A stretch of DNA of 64,000 nucleotides from Kiritimatiellia bacterium. Lineage in GTDB: Bacteria > Verrucomicrobiota > Kiritimatiellia > RFP12 > JBMNHG01. A program made the position numbers and the translations under genes. Under the pieces are notes generated by a model. The model ran no database searches. It was not told where the DNA came from and saw only the letters and a program-made list of their open reading frames with translations. Where the stretch lies: positions 678,337 to 742,336 of the forward strand of contig JBMNHG010000003.1 of the NCBI GenBank assembly GCA_050950285.1, given 5' to 3'. Below, in pieces: positions 52,014 to 60,089 of the stretch; position 1 is the stretch's first letter, and each line of letters opens with the position of its first letter.

Positions 52014-53111
52014 ATGAAGAAAGGTCGCGCCAGCGTTCCCCGGAAGATCCGTCTCGCCATCGCGGCGGTCGCGCTGGCGGCCTTCGTGCTGGCCTTTACG
52101 GGGGCGGCGCCGGCGTGCGCCGTCCTCGCGAAGGCGCAGTTCGCGCCGAACCTGCTCCTGGCGCTTGCCGGGGGCGCCGGCGCCATCGCGGCGGTCGCGG
52201 GCATCCTGCTCTCGGCCCTCCTCTTCGGGCGCATCTACTGCGCGGTGGCGTGTCCCTTCGGTCTTCTGCAGGACGTCGCGGGGCTGTTCACGCGCACGGT
52301 CTCGCGTCCCCCCGCGAACCTCCCCGGGTTGCGCCATGCGATCGCCGGCGTGGTCTACGCCGCCCTGTTCGCCGGGATGGCGCTTCCGTTTCGCCTGCTG
52401 GATCCCTACGCGAACGCGGGGCGCCTCTTCGCGGCCTTCGGGGCGGGGGGCGCGGTGGCGCTGGCGGTCTTGCTGGCCTTCCCGCTGTTCCGGCGCCGGC
52501 TCTTCTGCACGGCGGTCTGTCCGGTGGGGACGGTGCTGGGGCTCGCCGCGAAGGGGGCGGCATTCCGTCTTTCCCTGGATGCGGGGTGCGTGCGGTGCGG
52601 GAAGTGCGCGAAGGTCTGTCCCGCGGGCGCGATCGACCCGGTTCGCGGCACGATCGACAACGAACGGTGCGTGCGCTGTTTCGACTGCGTCGCGGCCTGC
52701 CCTGCGGATGCCATCCGCTTCGGGTTCGCCTGGAAAAAGCGGCGCGCCGCGGAATCCGCCGCAGGATCCGGTGCGGAAGGCGTGGCGGATCCGGGGCGGC
52801 GCGCCTTCCTCGCGAGCGCGGGATGGTTGGCCGCCGGCGCGGCGGCGGGCGTCGTGCTGGCGAAGTCGCCGGCGCGGGAGCGGTCGGGGGAGGTCGCGCT
52901 GGCGACCTTCGATCCGGAGCGCTGCATCGTCTTCCAGGACGGCGCGCCGTGCGGGCGATGCGCGGCGGCATGTCCGTCCGGGGCGATCGAGCTGCGGAAA
53001 AGCGGCGCGCCGCGCGCGCCGCGCGCGGCGCTCTGCCTGGGGTGCGGGGCCTGCGCGGCGGCGTGCCCCGCGAAACCCCCGGCCATGCAGGTGCGCATCG
53101 TTTCGCGGTAG
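52014..53111 (+). CDS. Membrane polyferredoxin (NapH/MauN-like 4Fe-4S binding protein)
   Basis: FGRIYCAVACPFG, FCTAVCPVG, several CxxCxxCxxxCP motifs, internal RRAFL segment. Confidence 0.88.
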   Translation: MKKGRASVPRKIRLAIAAVALAAFVLAFTGAAPACAVLAKAQFAPNLLLALAGGAGAIAAVAGILLSALLFGRIYCAVACPFGLLQDVAGLFTRTVSRPPANLPGLRHAIAGVVYAALFAGMALPFRLLDPYANAGRLFAAFGAGGAVALAVLLAFPLFRRRLFCTAVCPVGTVLGLAAKGAAFRLSLDAGCVRCGKCAKVCPAGAIDPVRGTIDNERCVRCFDCVAACPADAIRFGFAWKKRRAAESAAGSGAEGVADPGRRAFLASAGWLAAGAAAGVVLAKSPARERSGEVALATFDPERCIVFQDGAPCGRCAAACPSGAIELRKSGAPRAPRAALCLGCGACAAACPAKPPAMQVRIVSR

Positions 53112-53147
53112 CCCCGCGCGCGGACGCGGCGCGCGGGACTTGGCCGG

Positions 53148-55196
53148 TCACGGGGAGGCCGGATCCGTGCGCCCCCCGGCTTCCCCGTCTGCCTCCTTCC
53201 CGGTTTGCGTCGCGACGAGGCGGGAATAGAAGCCGTCGTGCTGGAGCAGTTCGGCGTGGGTGCCGCGTTCGGTGATGGTGCCGTCTTCGATGACGACGAT
53301 CCGGTCGCAGCGCATGGCCATCGACACGCGCTGGGAGACGATGATGGCGGTCTTGCCGGCCATGAGCTTCGCGAGCGTCTCCTGGATCTTCTGCTCGGTG
53401 GCGGCGTCGAGGGCGGAGGTGCAGTCGTCGAGCAGCAGCACCTCGGGCCGGGTGAGCAGGGCGCGGGCGATGGAGATGCGCTGGCGCTGTCCGCCCGAAA
53501 GCGTGGTGCCGCGTTCGCCCACGACGGTTTCGTACTGCACGGGGAGTTTCAGGATGAAGTCGTGGCAGTCCGCAGCCTGCGCGGCGGCCATGATCTCCGC
53601 GGGCTCGGCGCGGGGGCGGCCGTAGACGATGTTGTCGCGCACGGTGCCGCCGATGATCTGTGCCTCCTGCGGGACGAGCGCCATGTGGGAGTGGAGCGAG
53701 CTCTGGCGGATGTCCGCCAGGTCGATGCCGTCCACGGCGATGCGTCCGGACGAGGGCTCGCAGAGGCGGGCGAAGAGGTTGAGCAGGGTGGTCTTGCCGC
53801 TGCCGCTGGGGCCCATGATGCAGACCCACTTCCCCTTCGGCACGGTGAGGTGGATGTCCAGGAGGGCGGGAGGGAGGCCGGGGGCGTAGCGGAAGGTGAG
53901 GTGCTCGGCGGCGATGGCGGATTCGATGGGGCAGGGGAAGTCGACCGCGTCGGGGGCGTCTTCGATCTGGTGGGGGTTTTCGAGCATCGACGAGAGGCGC
54001 TGCATGATCACGAGCACGAAGGTGCACTGCATGTACGCCTGGGTGAGCGCGACCACGGGCGCGAAGAGGTTCACGGCGGCGCCGTGGATGAACATCATCC
54101 GGCCGAGGCTCATCCGTCCATCGAGCACGGCGAGGGTGCAGTAGAGGAAGATGCCTTGCGTGGCGAGCGCCGAGAGGACCTGCGCGAAACCGCCGGTCGT
54201 GGCGGAAATCCGCTGGCTGGCGAGGGTGTCGCGCTGCATCGCCGCGGAGAGGCGGAAGAAGTCGAGGATCTCGGTCTTCTCGCGGCCGTAGGCGAAGATG
54301 GCCTTTATGGCGTCGATCTTCTGGGAGACGAACCCCCACAGGCAGGCGTTGGTGTGGCGGATTTCGCGGTTGTAGAAGCGCATCCCGAGGCGGGCCTTCC
54401 TCATCACGAGGAAGTACGGGATGGCCACGAGGAAGACGACGAGGGCGCACTTCCAGTCGAGCGAGAAGAGAATCGCGAAGCCGACGAGGAGCATCGCCGT
54501 CTGCGTCACCACCAGCCACGACACGTCGAGGAGGTGCGCCTGGAGGGCGTCCACGTCCGAGAGGATGCGGGCCATCAGGCGGCCGGGCGTGGTGGATTGC
54601 TGGTAGCCCACGGTGAGGCCGAGGATCTTGCGGTGGAGGTCGTCGCGCAGCCGGATGGTCATGTGGCGGGCGACGGTGTTCCGGGCGAGCGCCCCCACGC
54701 GGGTGGCGAGGTTGAGGGCGACGATGGTGGCGACGTACACGAGGAAGAGGACGAAGAGCCTGCGGCCCGCCGCGGGAGGCCGCTGCGAGGCGTTTGCGGC
54801 GCGGAAGGATTCGGACTGCCGGCCTTCGGCGGCGCGCCGCGGCCCGGCCGGGGCGTCGATGGCCCGGCCGGACGCTTCGGCGGGGCGGGCGGCGGGGGGC
54901 GGGGACGCGCGCGGAACGTCGGTGCGCCGGGAGACCTCGCGGACGATTCCGGGCACGTTCACCTTGAGGATGTCGTCGAGCACGATCTTGCCGTAGTACG
55001 ACATCAGGTAGACCGAGCAGGTCGTGAGGATGCCCGTCGCGAGGTAGAGCAGCAGGCGCCACTTGTGCGGCCAGAGGTAGCCGGCGACGAACTGCTTCAG
55101 CAGGCGGGGCCCGTCCGAATAGGCGGACTCCTCGCGGGGCGGGCGGTACGGCACGTCGCGGGAAGGCCGCCGGGCGGGGTCATTCCTCCCGTTCAT
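53148..55196 (-). CDS. ABC exporter half-transporter with degenerate catalytic residues
   Basis: TMD plus NBD; GPSGSGKTT, LSGGQRQR, Walker B LLLDDCTS (D for E), switch IVSQR (Q for H). Confidence 0.92.
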   Translation of the reverse strand: MNGRNDPARRPSRDVPYRPPREESAYSDGPRLLKQFVAGYLWPHKWRLLLYLATGILTTCSVYLMSYYGKIVLDDILKVNVPGIVREVSRRTDVPRASPPPAARPAEASGRAIDAPAGPRRAAEGRQSESFRAANASQRPPAAGRRLFVLFLVYVATIVALNLATRVGALARNTVARHMTIRLRDDLHRKILGLTVGYQQSTTPGRLMARILSDVDALQAHLLDVSWLVVTQTAMLLVGFAILFSLDWKCALVVFLVAIPYFLVMRKARLGMRFYNREIRHTNACLWGFVSQKIDAIKAIFAYGREKTEILDFFRLSAAMQRDTLASQRISATTGGFAQVLSALATQGIFLYCTLAVLDGRMSLGRMMFIHGAAVNLFAPVVALTQAYMQCTFVLVIMQRLSSMLENPHQIEDAPDAVDFPCPIESAIAAEHLTFRYAPGLPPALLDIHLTVPKGKWVCIMGPSGSGKTTLLNLFARLCEPSSGRIAVDGIDLADIRQSSLHSHMALVPQEAQIIGGTVRDNIVYGRPRAEPAEIMAAAQAADCHDFILKLPVQYETVVGERGTTLSGGQRQRISIARALLTRPEVLLLDDCTSALDAATEQKIQETLAKLMAGKTAIIVSQRVSMAMRCDRIVVIEDGTITERGTHAELLQHDGFYSRLVATQTGKEADGEAGGRTDPASP

Positions 55197-56964
55197 CGGC
55201 GATGACCCCCTTTCCGGAATGCTTCTCGTAGAGGTCGCGGTAGCGGCCTCCCTCGATGGCCATGAGTTCGCCGTGCGTGCCGCATTCGACGATCTCGCCC
55301 TTGTCGAGCAGCACGATCCGGTCGGCGTTGCGGATGGTGCTCAGGCGGTGGGCGACGATGAACGAGGTGCGGTCGACGAGGAAGCGGTCCATGGCGCGCT
55401 GGATGGCGAGTTCGGACCGGGAGTCGAGCGCGCTGGTCGCTTCGTCCATGATGAGGATGGACGGGTCGGCAAGGATGGCGCGCGCGATGGCGATGCGCTG
55501 CTTCTGGCCCACGGAAAGCTGGACGTCGCGGTCGCCGATCACGGAGGCGTAGCCGCGGGGGAGGCGGAGGATCTCGTCGTGGATCTCGGCCACGCGCGCG
55601 GCGGCCTCGACCTCCTCCTGGGAGGCGGAGGGCCGGGCGTAGCGGATGTTGTCCGCGATGTCCACGGTGAAGAGGTACGACTCCTGGAGCACGATGCCGA
55701 ACTGGCGCCGGAGGGAGGCGAGGCGGATGTCGCGCAGGTCCACCCCGTCGAGCCGGATGGCGCCCCCGTCCACGTCGTAGAGGCGCATGAGCAGCGAGAG
55801 GACGGTGCTCTTGCCGCATCCCGTGGGGCCGACGAGGGCGATGGTCTCGCCGGGGGAGACGTGCAGGTCGAAGGACCGGATGACGGGGCGTCCTTCCTCG
55901 TACGCGAAGGAGACGGCGTCGAAATCGATGCGTCCGGCGGACTTTCCGATGGGTCGGGCGCCGGGGCGATCCACGACCTGGGGCGTTTCGTCGAGGATCT
56001 CGAAGAGGCGCCCCGCGGAGATGTCCACGTTCTGCAGTTGCTCGGCCAGGTTCGAGAAGCGCACGGCCGGCCAGAGGATCTGCATGGCGTAGGCGGTGAA
56101 GGCGGTGACGTCGCCGTAGTCCGCCGTGCCGCCGAGCACCATCGCGCAGCCGAGGAAGTAGATCGCGGCGTGGCCGAGGGACTGGAGCAGCTGGATGTTC
56201 GTGCGGAAGCCGAGGGAGGCGTCCCACGCCTCGTGGGCCTGCCCGGTGGTCGTGTTCGAAAGGCCCGAGAAGGCGGCCCCCTCGCGCTCTTCGGCGGCGT
56301 AGGTCTTCACGGTGAGCGCCGCGACGAGGCGGTTCTGCACGCCGCTGGCGAGGCGGTCGCTCGTGGCCCTGTAGCGCCGGGAATAGGTGATGATGCGCCC
56401 GATGCTCAGGCGGAAGTTCAGCACGAAAAGCGCGACGATGGCGAAAATGGGAAGGGCGAGCCGCCAGTTGATCCAGAGGGTCGCGAAGACGGCGAAGAGG
56501 GAGCAGACGAGGTCGGAGACCACCTGGATGGAGGTGACGTTCAGCACCTGCTGCATGGTGGTGCTGTCGCCCATGATGCGGTTCAGCAGGGCGCCCGTGC
56601 TGTGGCTGCCGTAGAAGCCCATGTGGAGGCGCATCAGGTGGCGCCACACGCCCATGCGCACGTCGAGCACGAAGCGCTGGCCCAATATGGCGATGCCCAT
56701 CACCTGGAAGAAGGCGATGCAGGCGTACAGGACGGGAACGGCGAGGATGGCCACGCCGAGCATGGGAAGGAGGGAGCGGTCGCCGCGCCCGATCACGTCG
56801 TTGAGGATGGAGCGCGTGAAGAGCGGCGGCAGCATCGCCAGGATGGACAGCGCCGCCGTGAGGGACACCAATGCCACGATCCCGCCGCGGTAGGGCTTCA
56901 GGAAGCCGCCGACGCGCGACCAGGTGGAGGGCGTCCCGCCCTTCTCCCCGGACTCAAGGCTCAA
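55180..56964 (-). CDS. ABC exporter half-transporter with canonical catalytic residues
   Basis: GPTGCGKST, signature LSVGQKQR, LIMDEATS, IVAHR. Confidence 0.93.
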   Translation of the reverse strand: MSLESGEKGGTPSTWSRVGGFLKPYRGGIVALVSLTAALSILAMLPPLFTRSILNDVIGRGDRSLLPMLGVAILAVPVLYACIAFFQVMGIAILGQRFVLDVRMGVWRHLMRLHMGFYGSHSTGALLNRIMGDSTTMQQVLNVTSIQVVSDLVCSLFAVFATLWINWRLALPIFAIVALFVLNFRLSIGRIITYSRRYRATSDRLASGVQNRLVAALTVKTYAAEEREGAAFSGLSNTTTGQAHEAWDASLGFRTNIQLLQSLGHAAIYFLGCAMVLGGTADYGDVTAFTAYAMQILWPAVRFSNLAEQLQNVDISAGRLFEILDETPQVVDRPGARPIGKSAGRIDFDAVSFAYEEGRPVIRSFDLHVSPGETIALVGPTGCGKSTVLSLLMRLYDVDGGAIRLDGVDLRDIRLASLRRQFGIVLQESYLFTVDIADNIRYARPSASQEEVEAAARVAEIHDEILRLPRGYASVIGDRDVQLSVGQKQRIAIARAILADPSILIMDEATSALDSRSELAIQRAMDRFLVDRTSFIVAHRLSTIRNADRIVLLDKGEIVECGTHGELMAIEGGRYRDLYEKHSGKGVIADEREE

Positions 56965-58075
56965 CGATGAACCCCCAGAGGGAGACGCGGCCCGTGCGGA
57001 TGCGCGCCTCGGCCGTGGTGCCCGGCGCGACGTCCATGCCGCCCGGATCGAACGAGGCGTAGGCCACGCGATAGCAGGCGTCGCCCGTGCCTTCGACTAC
57101 GTCGCGGAGCGCTTCCACCGTGCCGGGGAAGCGGCGCGGCGGCAGGCCGCGAACGGTCTTGAGGCGCACGTCGAGGGGCATCCCCGCGGCGACTTCGCCG
57201 GCGGATTTCTCGGGGATGCGCAGCTTGAGGCAGTCCACTTCGCCGCCGAAGATTTCGTACAGCACGAGGTCGGGGCGGATCATCTCGCCCACGTAGAAGG
57301 TGTAGCGCACCACGCGGCCGCCGACGGGTGCGCATACGGTGCGCTGGGCCAGCGCGGCCTGCGCGCGGCCGAGGGCGGCGCGTGCGCGGTCGAGGGCGGC
57401 GCGCATGCGCACCAGCGCGTCGCGGCGCGTCTGCACGTCGCGGCGCAGGACTTCGATCTCGCGCTCCTCGAGGGTGAGGTCCGTCTCTTTCAGCGCGCGC
57501 AGCCGCTCCTGCGCCTTCACGAGCGAGTACTGGTCGTCTTCGAGCTTGCGCCCGGAGGCGAGCCCCTTCCCGTGGAGCTGCCGGGTGAGTTCGAGGTGGC
57601 TTTCGGCCTGCGCCACGTCGAGCTCCGCGGCTTTCACGTTCTCGGCGTGGAGGCGCAGGTTCTCGATGCGCCGGACCTCGCGCAGGGCGAGTTCGGCTTC
57701 GCCTTTCGCGACGAGCCCCTCGCCTTCGCCCACGGCGCCTTCGCACTCGCCCACCAGGCCTTCGCTTTCGGCGACGGCCGCGCGCTCCGCGGCGTCTTCG
57801 AGGCGAAGCAGCGGGTCGCCCTTTTCCACGACGTCGCCGCTGGTCGCGAGAATCTCGACGACGCGTCCCGATGCGGCGGAGCGCACTTCGGCGTAGTCCC
57901 GCGTGGTGGCGTAGCCCGCGGCGTAGGCGCGGCGCGGCACGCGGATGGCGAACCCCGCCGCGACTATGGCGGCCGCGAGCAGCGCGCCGGCCGTGATCCG
58001 GCGCGCGAGCTTGCGCCGGCGTTCGTGTTTCGGCGCGGGGGGATCCACGCCCTTGGTGATGCGGATGTCGCCCAT
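56954..58075 (-). CDS. HlyD-family membrane fusion/adaptor protein
   Basis: Single N-terminal TM; EVRSAASGRVVEI...GDVVEKGDPLLRL, long coiled coil, VCAPVGGRV. Confidence 0.88.
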   Translation of the reverse strand: MGDIRITKGVDPPAPKHERRRKLARRITAGALLAAAIVAAGFAIRVPRRAYAAGYATTRDYAEVRSAASGRVVEILATSGDVVEKGDPLLRLEDAAERAAVAESEGLVGECEGAVGEGEGLVAKGEAELALREVRRIENLRLHAENVKAAELDVAQAESHLELTRQLHGKGLASGRKLEDDQYSLVKAQERLRALKETDLTLEEREIEVLRRDVQTRRDALVRMRAALDRARAALGRAQAALAQRTVCAPVGGRVVRYTFYVGEMIRPDLVLYEIFGGEVDCLKLRIPEKSAGEVAAGMPLDVRLKTVRGLPPRRFPGTVEALRDVVEGTGDACYRVAYASFDPGGMDVAPGTTAEARIRTGRVSLWGFIVEP

Positions 58076-58090
58076 CGATGGAAACTCCGG

Positions 58091-58915
58091 CTACTTCCCC
58101 GCGCTGTCGGCGGAGATGCGGATGAAGTCCTTCGCCAGCGTGCGGAGGCCCTGGCTTTCGTCGGAATAGCGCTTGGCGCACAGGGTGCACCCTTCGCAGG
58201 AGCGGTCGTAGCAGTTGCGGTGCACGCGGGAGGGATACATCTGGCGGAAGGCCTCGTAGCATTCGTCGCTGCAGAAGCAGTAGCGCTCCTGCGTGGTGCC
58301 GAAGGCCGCCTGCACGAGATGGAAGCCCTCCTTCTCGCAGCTCGTCTCCTTCCCGCACCAGCCGCACTGGAGCAGCAGCCGCTCGTTGATCGACCGGCTG
58401 CGTTCCTCGACTTCGCCTTCGCCCCAGAGGTATTCGACCCATTCCACCGCCTGCGACGGGATGCGCGCGAACACGATTTCCCCGCGCATCACGATCGTCA
58501 CGCCGTCCTTCAGCACGAAGCAGCGGGTCCCCTCCACCACCTGGCCGGAATGGGTGTGCACCTTCACGCTGCCGCGACGCGGAACGGAATAGGAGCACCA
58601 GCCGCAGGCGTCGCAGACGGACATGAACATGCTCTGGATGAGCGCCGCGCTGCACAGCGGGCACCGCCCCTGCTGGAGCACGTGGAGACGCTTCAACGAC
58701 AGTTCGGCGGCGGACCGGATCTCGCGCTTGACGGCCGCCTGGATGCGGTCGCCGGTCTGCCTGGCGTCGATCGCTTCGAGGGCGGGCTTGAGGCGCTCGA
58801 CCGATTCGTCGTCGAGGATCGACTCGGTGAAGGCCGCCGGGGGAACGCCCGGCGCGGGCGGGTCGTCGGCGCGGCGCTGGAAGATGCCGGACAGGATGTT
58901 CTTCATGACGGACAT
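58091..58915 (-). CDS. Cys-rich hypothetical protein with Zn-ribbon and TRASH/YHS-like motifs
   Basis: CPLC...CDACGW; CGWCG...YCFCSDEC; HRNCYDRSCEGCTLC. Start 58915 or 58906. Confidence 0.8.
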   Translation of the reverse strand: MSVMKNILSGIFQRRADDPPAPGVPPAAFTESILDDESVERLKPALEAIDARQTGDRIQAAVKREIRSAAELSLKRLHVLQQGRCPLCSAALIQSMFMSVCDACGWCSYSVPRRGSVKVHTHSGQVVEGTRCFVLKDGVTIVMRGEIVFARIPSQAVEWVEYLWGEGEVEERSRSINERLLLQCGWCGKETSCEKEGFHLVQAAFGTTQERYCFCSDECYEAFRQMYPSRVHRNCYDRSCEGCTLCAKRYSDESQGLRTLAKDFIRISADSAGK

Positions 58916-59165
58916 GGCGGATAGGGAGCAGGGCGGTGGAATCGAAGCGTGGAGCCGGTTCCGTTGCCGGAAGAAACCGGATTCGGATTGGGTAGAAGTT
59001 TGCCCTCCCCGCCCGGGGAAATCAACCTTTTGATTGCCTGCTCCCGCCGCTTCGCGGGCTGACGCCCCGCACGTTCCCATGGCCCGGGGACGCACACGTC
59101 CGGGGAATCCAAAATTCGATCCAGGAGGATTTCTTGATTTTCCGGTGATTTTTGTAAAATTCCTG

Positions 59166-59194
59166 TTGCATAACTCGCACGAATGCGCAATACT
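59166..59194 (+). promoter_or_regulatory. Candidate sigma70 promoter for HU
   Basis: TTGCAT (59166-59171), 17 bp, AATACT (59189-59194), with an AT-rich upstream tract. Confidence 0.55.
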
Positions 59195-59242
59195 GCCTCT
59201 CAAATGGGGCCTGCACAGGCTCCTAAACCAAGGAGTAATCAC

Positions 59243-59653
59243 ATGGCTAAGAAACCTGCCGCCAAACCCGCCGCCAAGAAGGCCTGCACGAAGGCCTGCA
59301 CGAAGGCTTGCGCCAAGGCACCTGCCGCCAAGGCACCTGCCAAGAAGGTCGCAATCCCCACGACGAAGGCCCAGATCGTTGACGCTCTCGCCAACGCCCC
59401 CGATCCTGCGATCACCAAGAAGCAGGCCGCTGCCGTCTACGACAAGCTTCTCGACATCGCCTACGAAGGCGCCAAGAAGTTGGAGAAGGGCATCATGCTT
59501 CCGGGTCTCGGCAAGCTCGTCAAGGTCAAGCGCGCCAAGCGCATGGGCACCAAGCCCGGCACCAGCGAGCGCATCGTGATTCCCGCCAAGACGGTTGTCA
59601 AGTTCCGCCTCGCCAAGGCCGCCAAGGACGCTGTTGTCCCCCCGAAGAAGTAA
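59243..59653 (+). CDS. HU family DNA-binding protein with Lys/Ala/Cys-rich N-terminal tail
   Basis: AAGGAG RBS; TKAQIV, LPGLGKL, RAKRMGTKPGTSERIVIPAKTVVKFR. Confidence 0.93.
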   Translation: MAKKPAAKPAAKKACTKACTKACAKAPAAKAPAKKVAIPTTKAQIVDALANAPDPAITKKQAAAVYDKLLDIAYEGAKKLEKGIMLPGLGKLVKVKRAKRMGTKPGTSERIVIPAKTVVKFRLAKAAKDAVVPPKK

Positions 59654-59680
59654 GCGCATCCTTGCCTCTGGCAACCACGT

Positions 59681-59720
59681 GGCGCGCCGCTGGAAACAGC
59701 GGCGCGCCGTTTTTTTTCTT
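59681..59720 (+). terminator. Rho-independent terminator after HU
   Basis: GGCGCGCCGCTG-GAAA-CAGCGGCGCGCC followed by GTTTTTTTTCTT. Confidence 0.92.
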
Positions 59721-59922
59721 TCCGGGGAGCGCCTGCCGCCCTTCCGCCCCGGACGCCTGCCCTTGGGAGGACGGCCTCGCGATACGGGAGCGGCGTCCGC
59801 ATCGGCCTTGTGCTGCCGGATCGACTTCCCGCCGGAGACCGGCACGTTCATCGCCGGCGCGCGCGAGTCTGCTGTTGCGCCGGCGGCGTGAAAAGCCGGC
59901 GGAATGGCGGTTCGGGGCCGCA

Positions 59923-59948
59923 AAAAAAAGTCGCGAAAAAAAGTCGCG
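59923..59948. repeat. 13-bp tandem repeat AAAAAAAGTCGCG x2
   Basis: 59923-59935 and 59936-59948, upstream of the 60090 gene. Confidence 0.8.
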
Positions 59949-60089
59949 AAAAGCCGTTGCGGCGAAAACCGCGGGGGTGTACAGTAATGCCGGAAGGCGT
60001 ATGGTGGCGCCGTGTCGCGACCGGACGCCTGTTTTTGTGCGGCGGAAAGGCATGCCGACGCGACAGGGTCTTGAAACCGCCGGTTTCGG

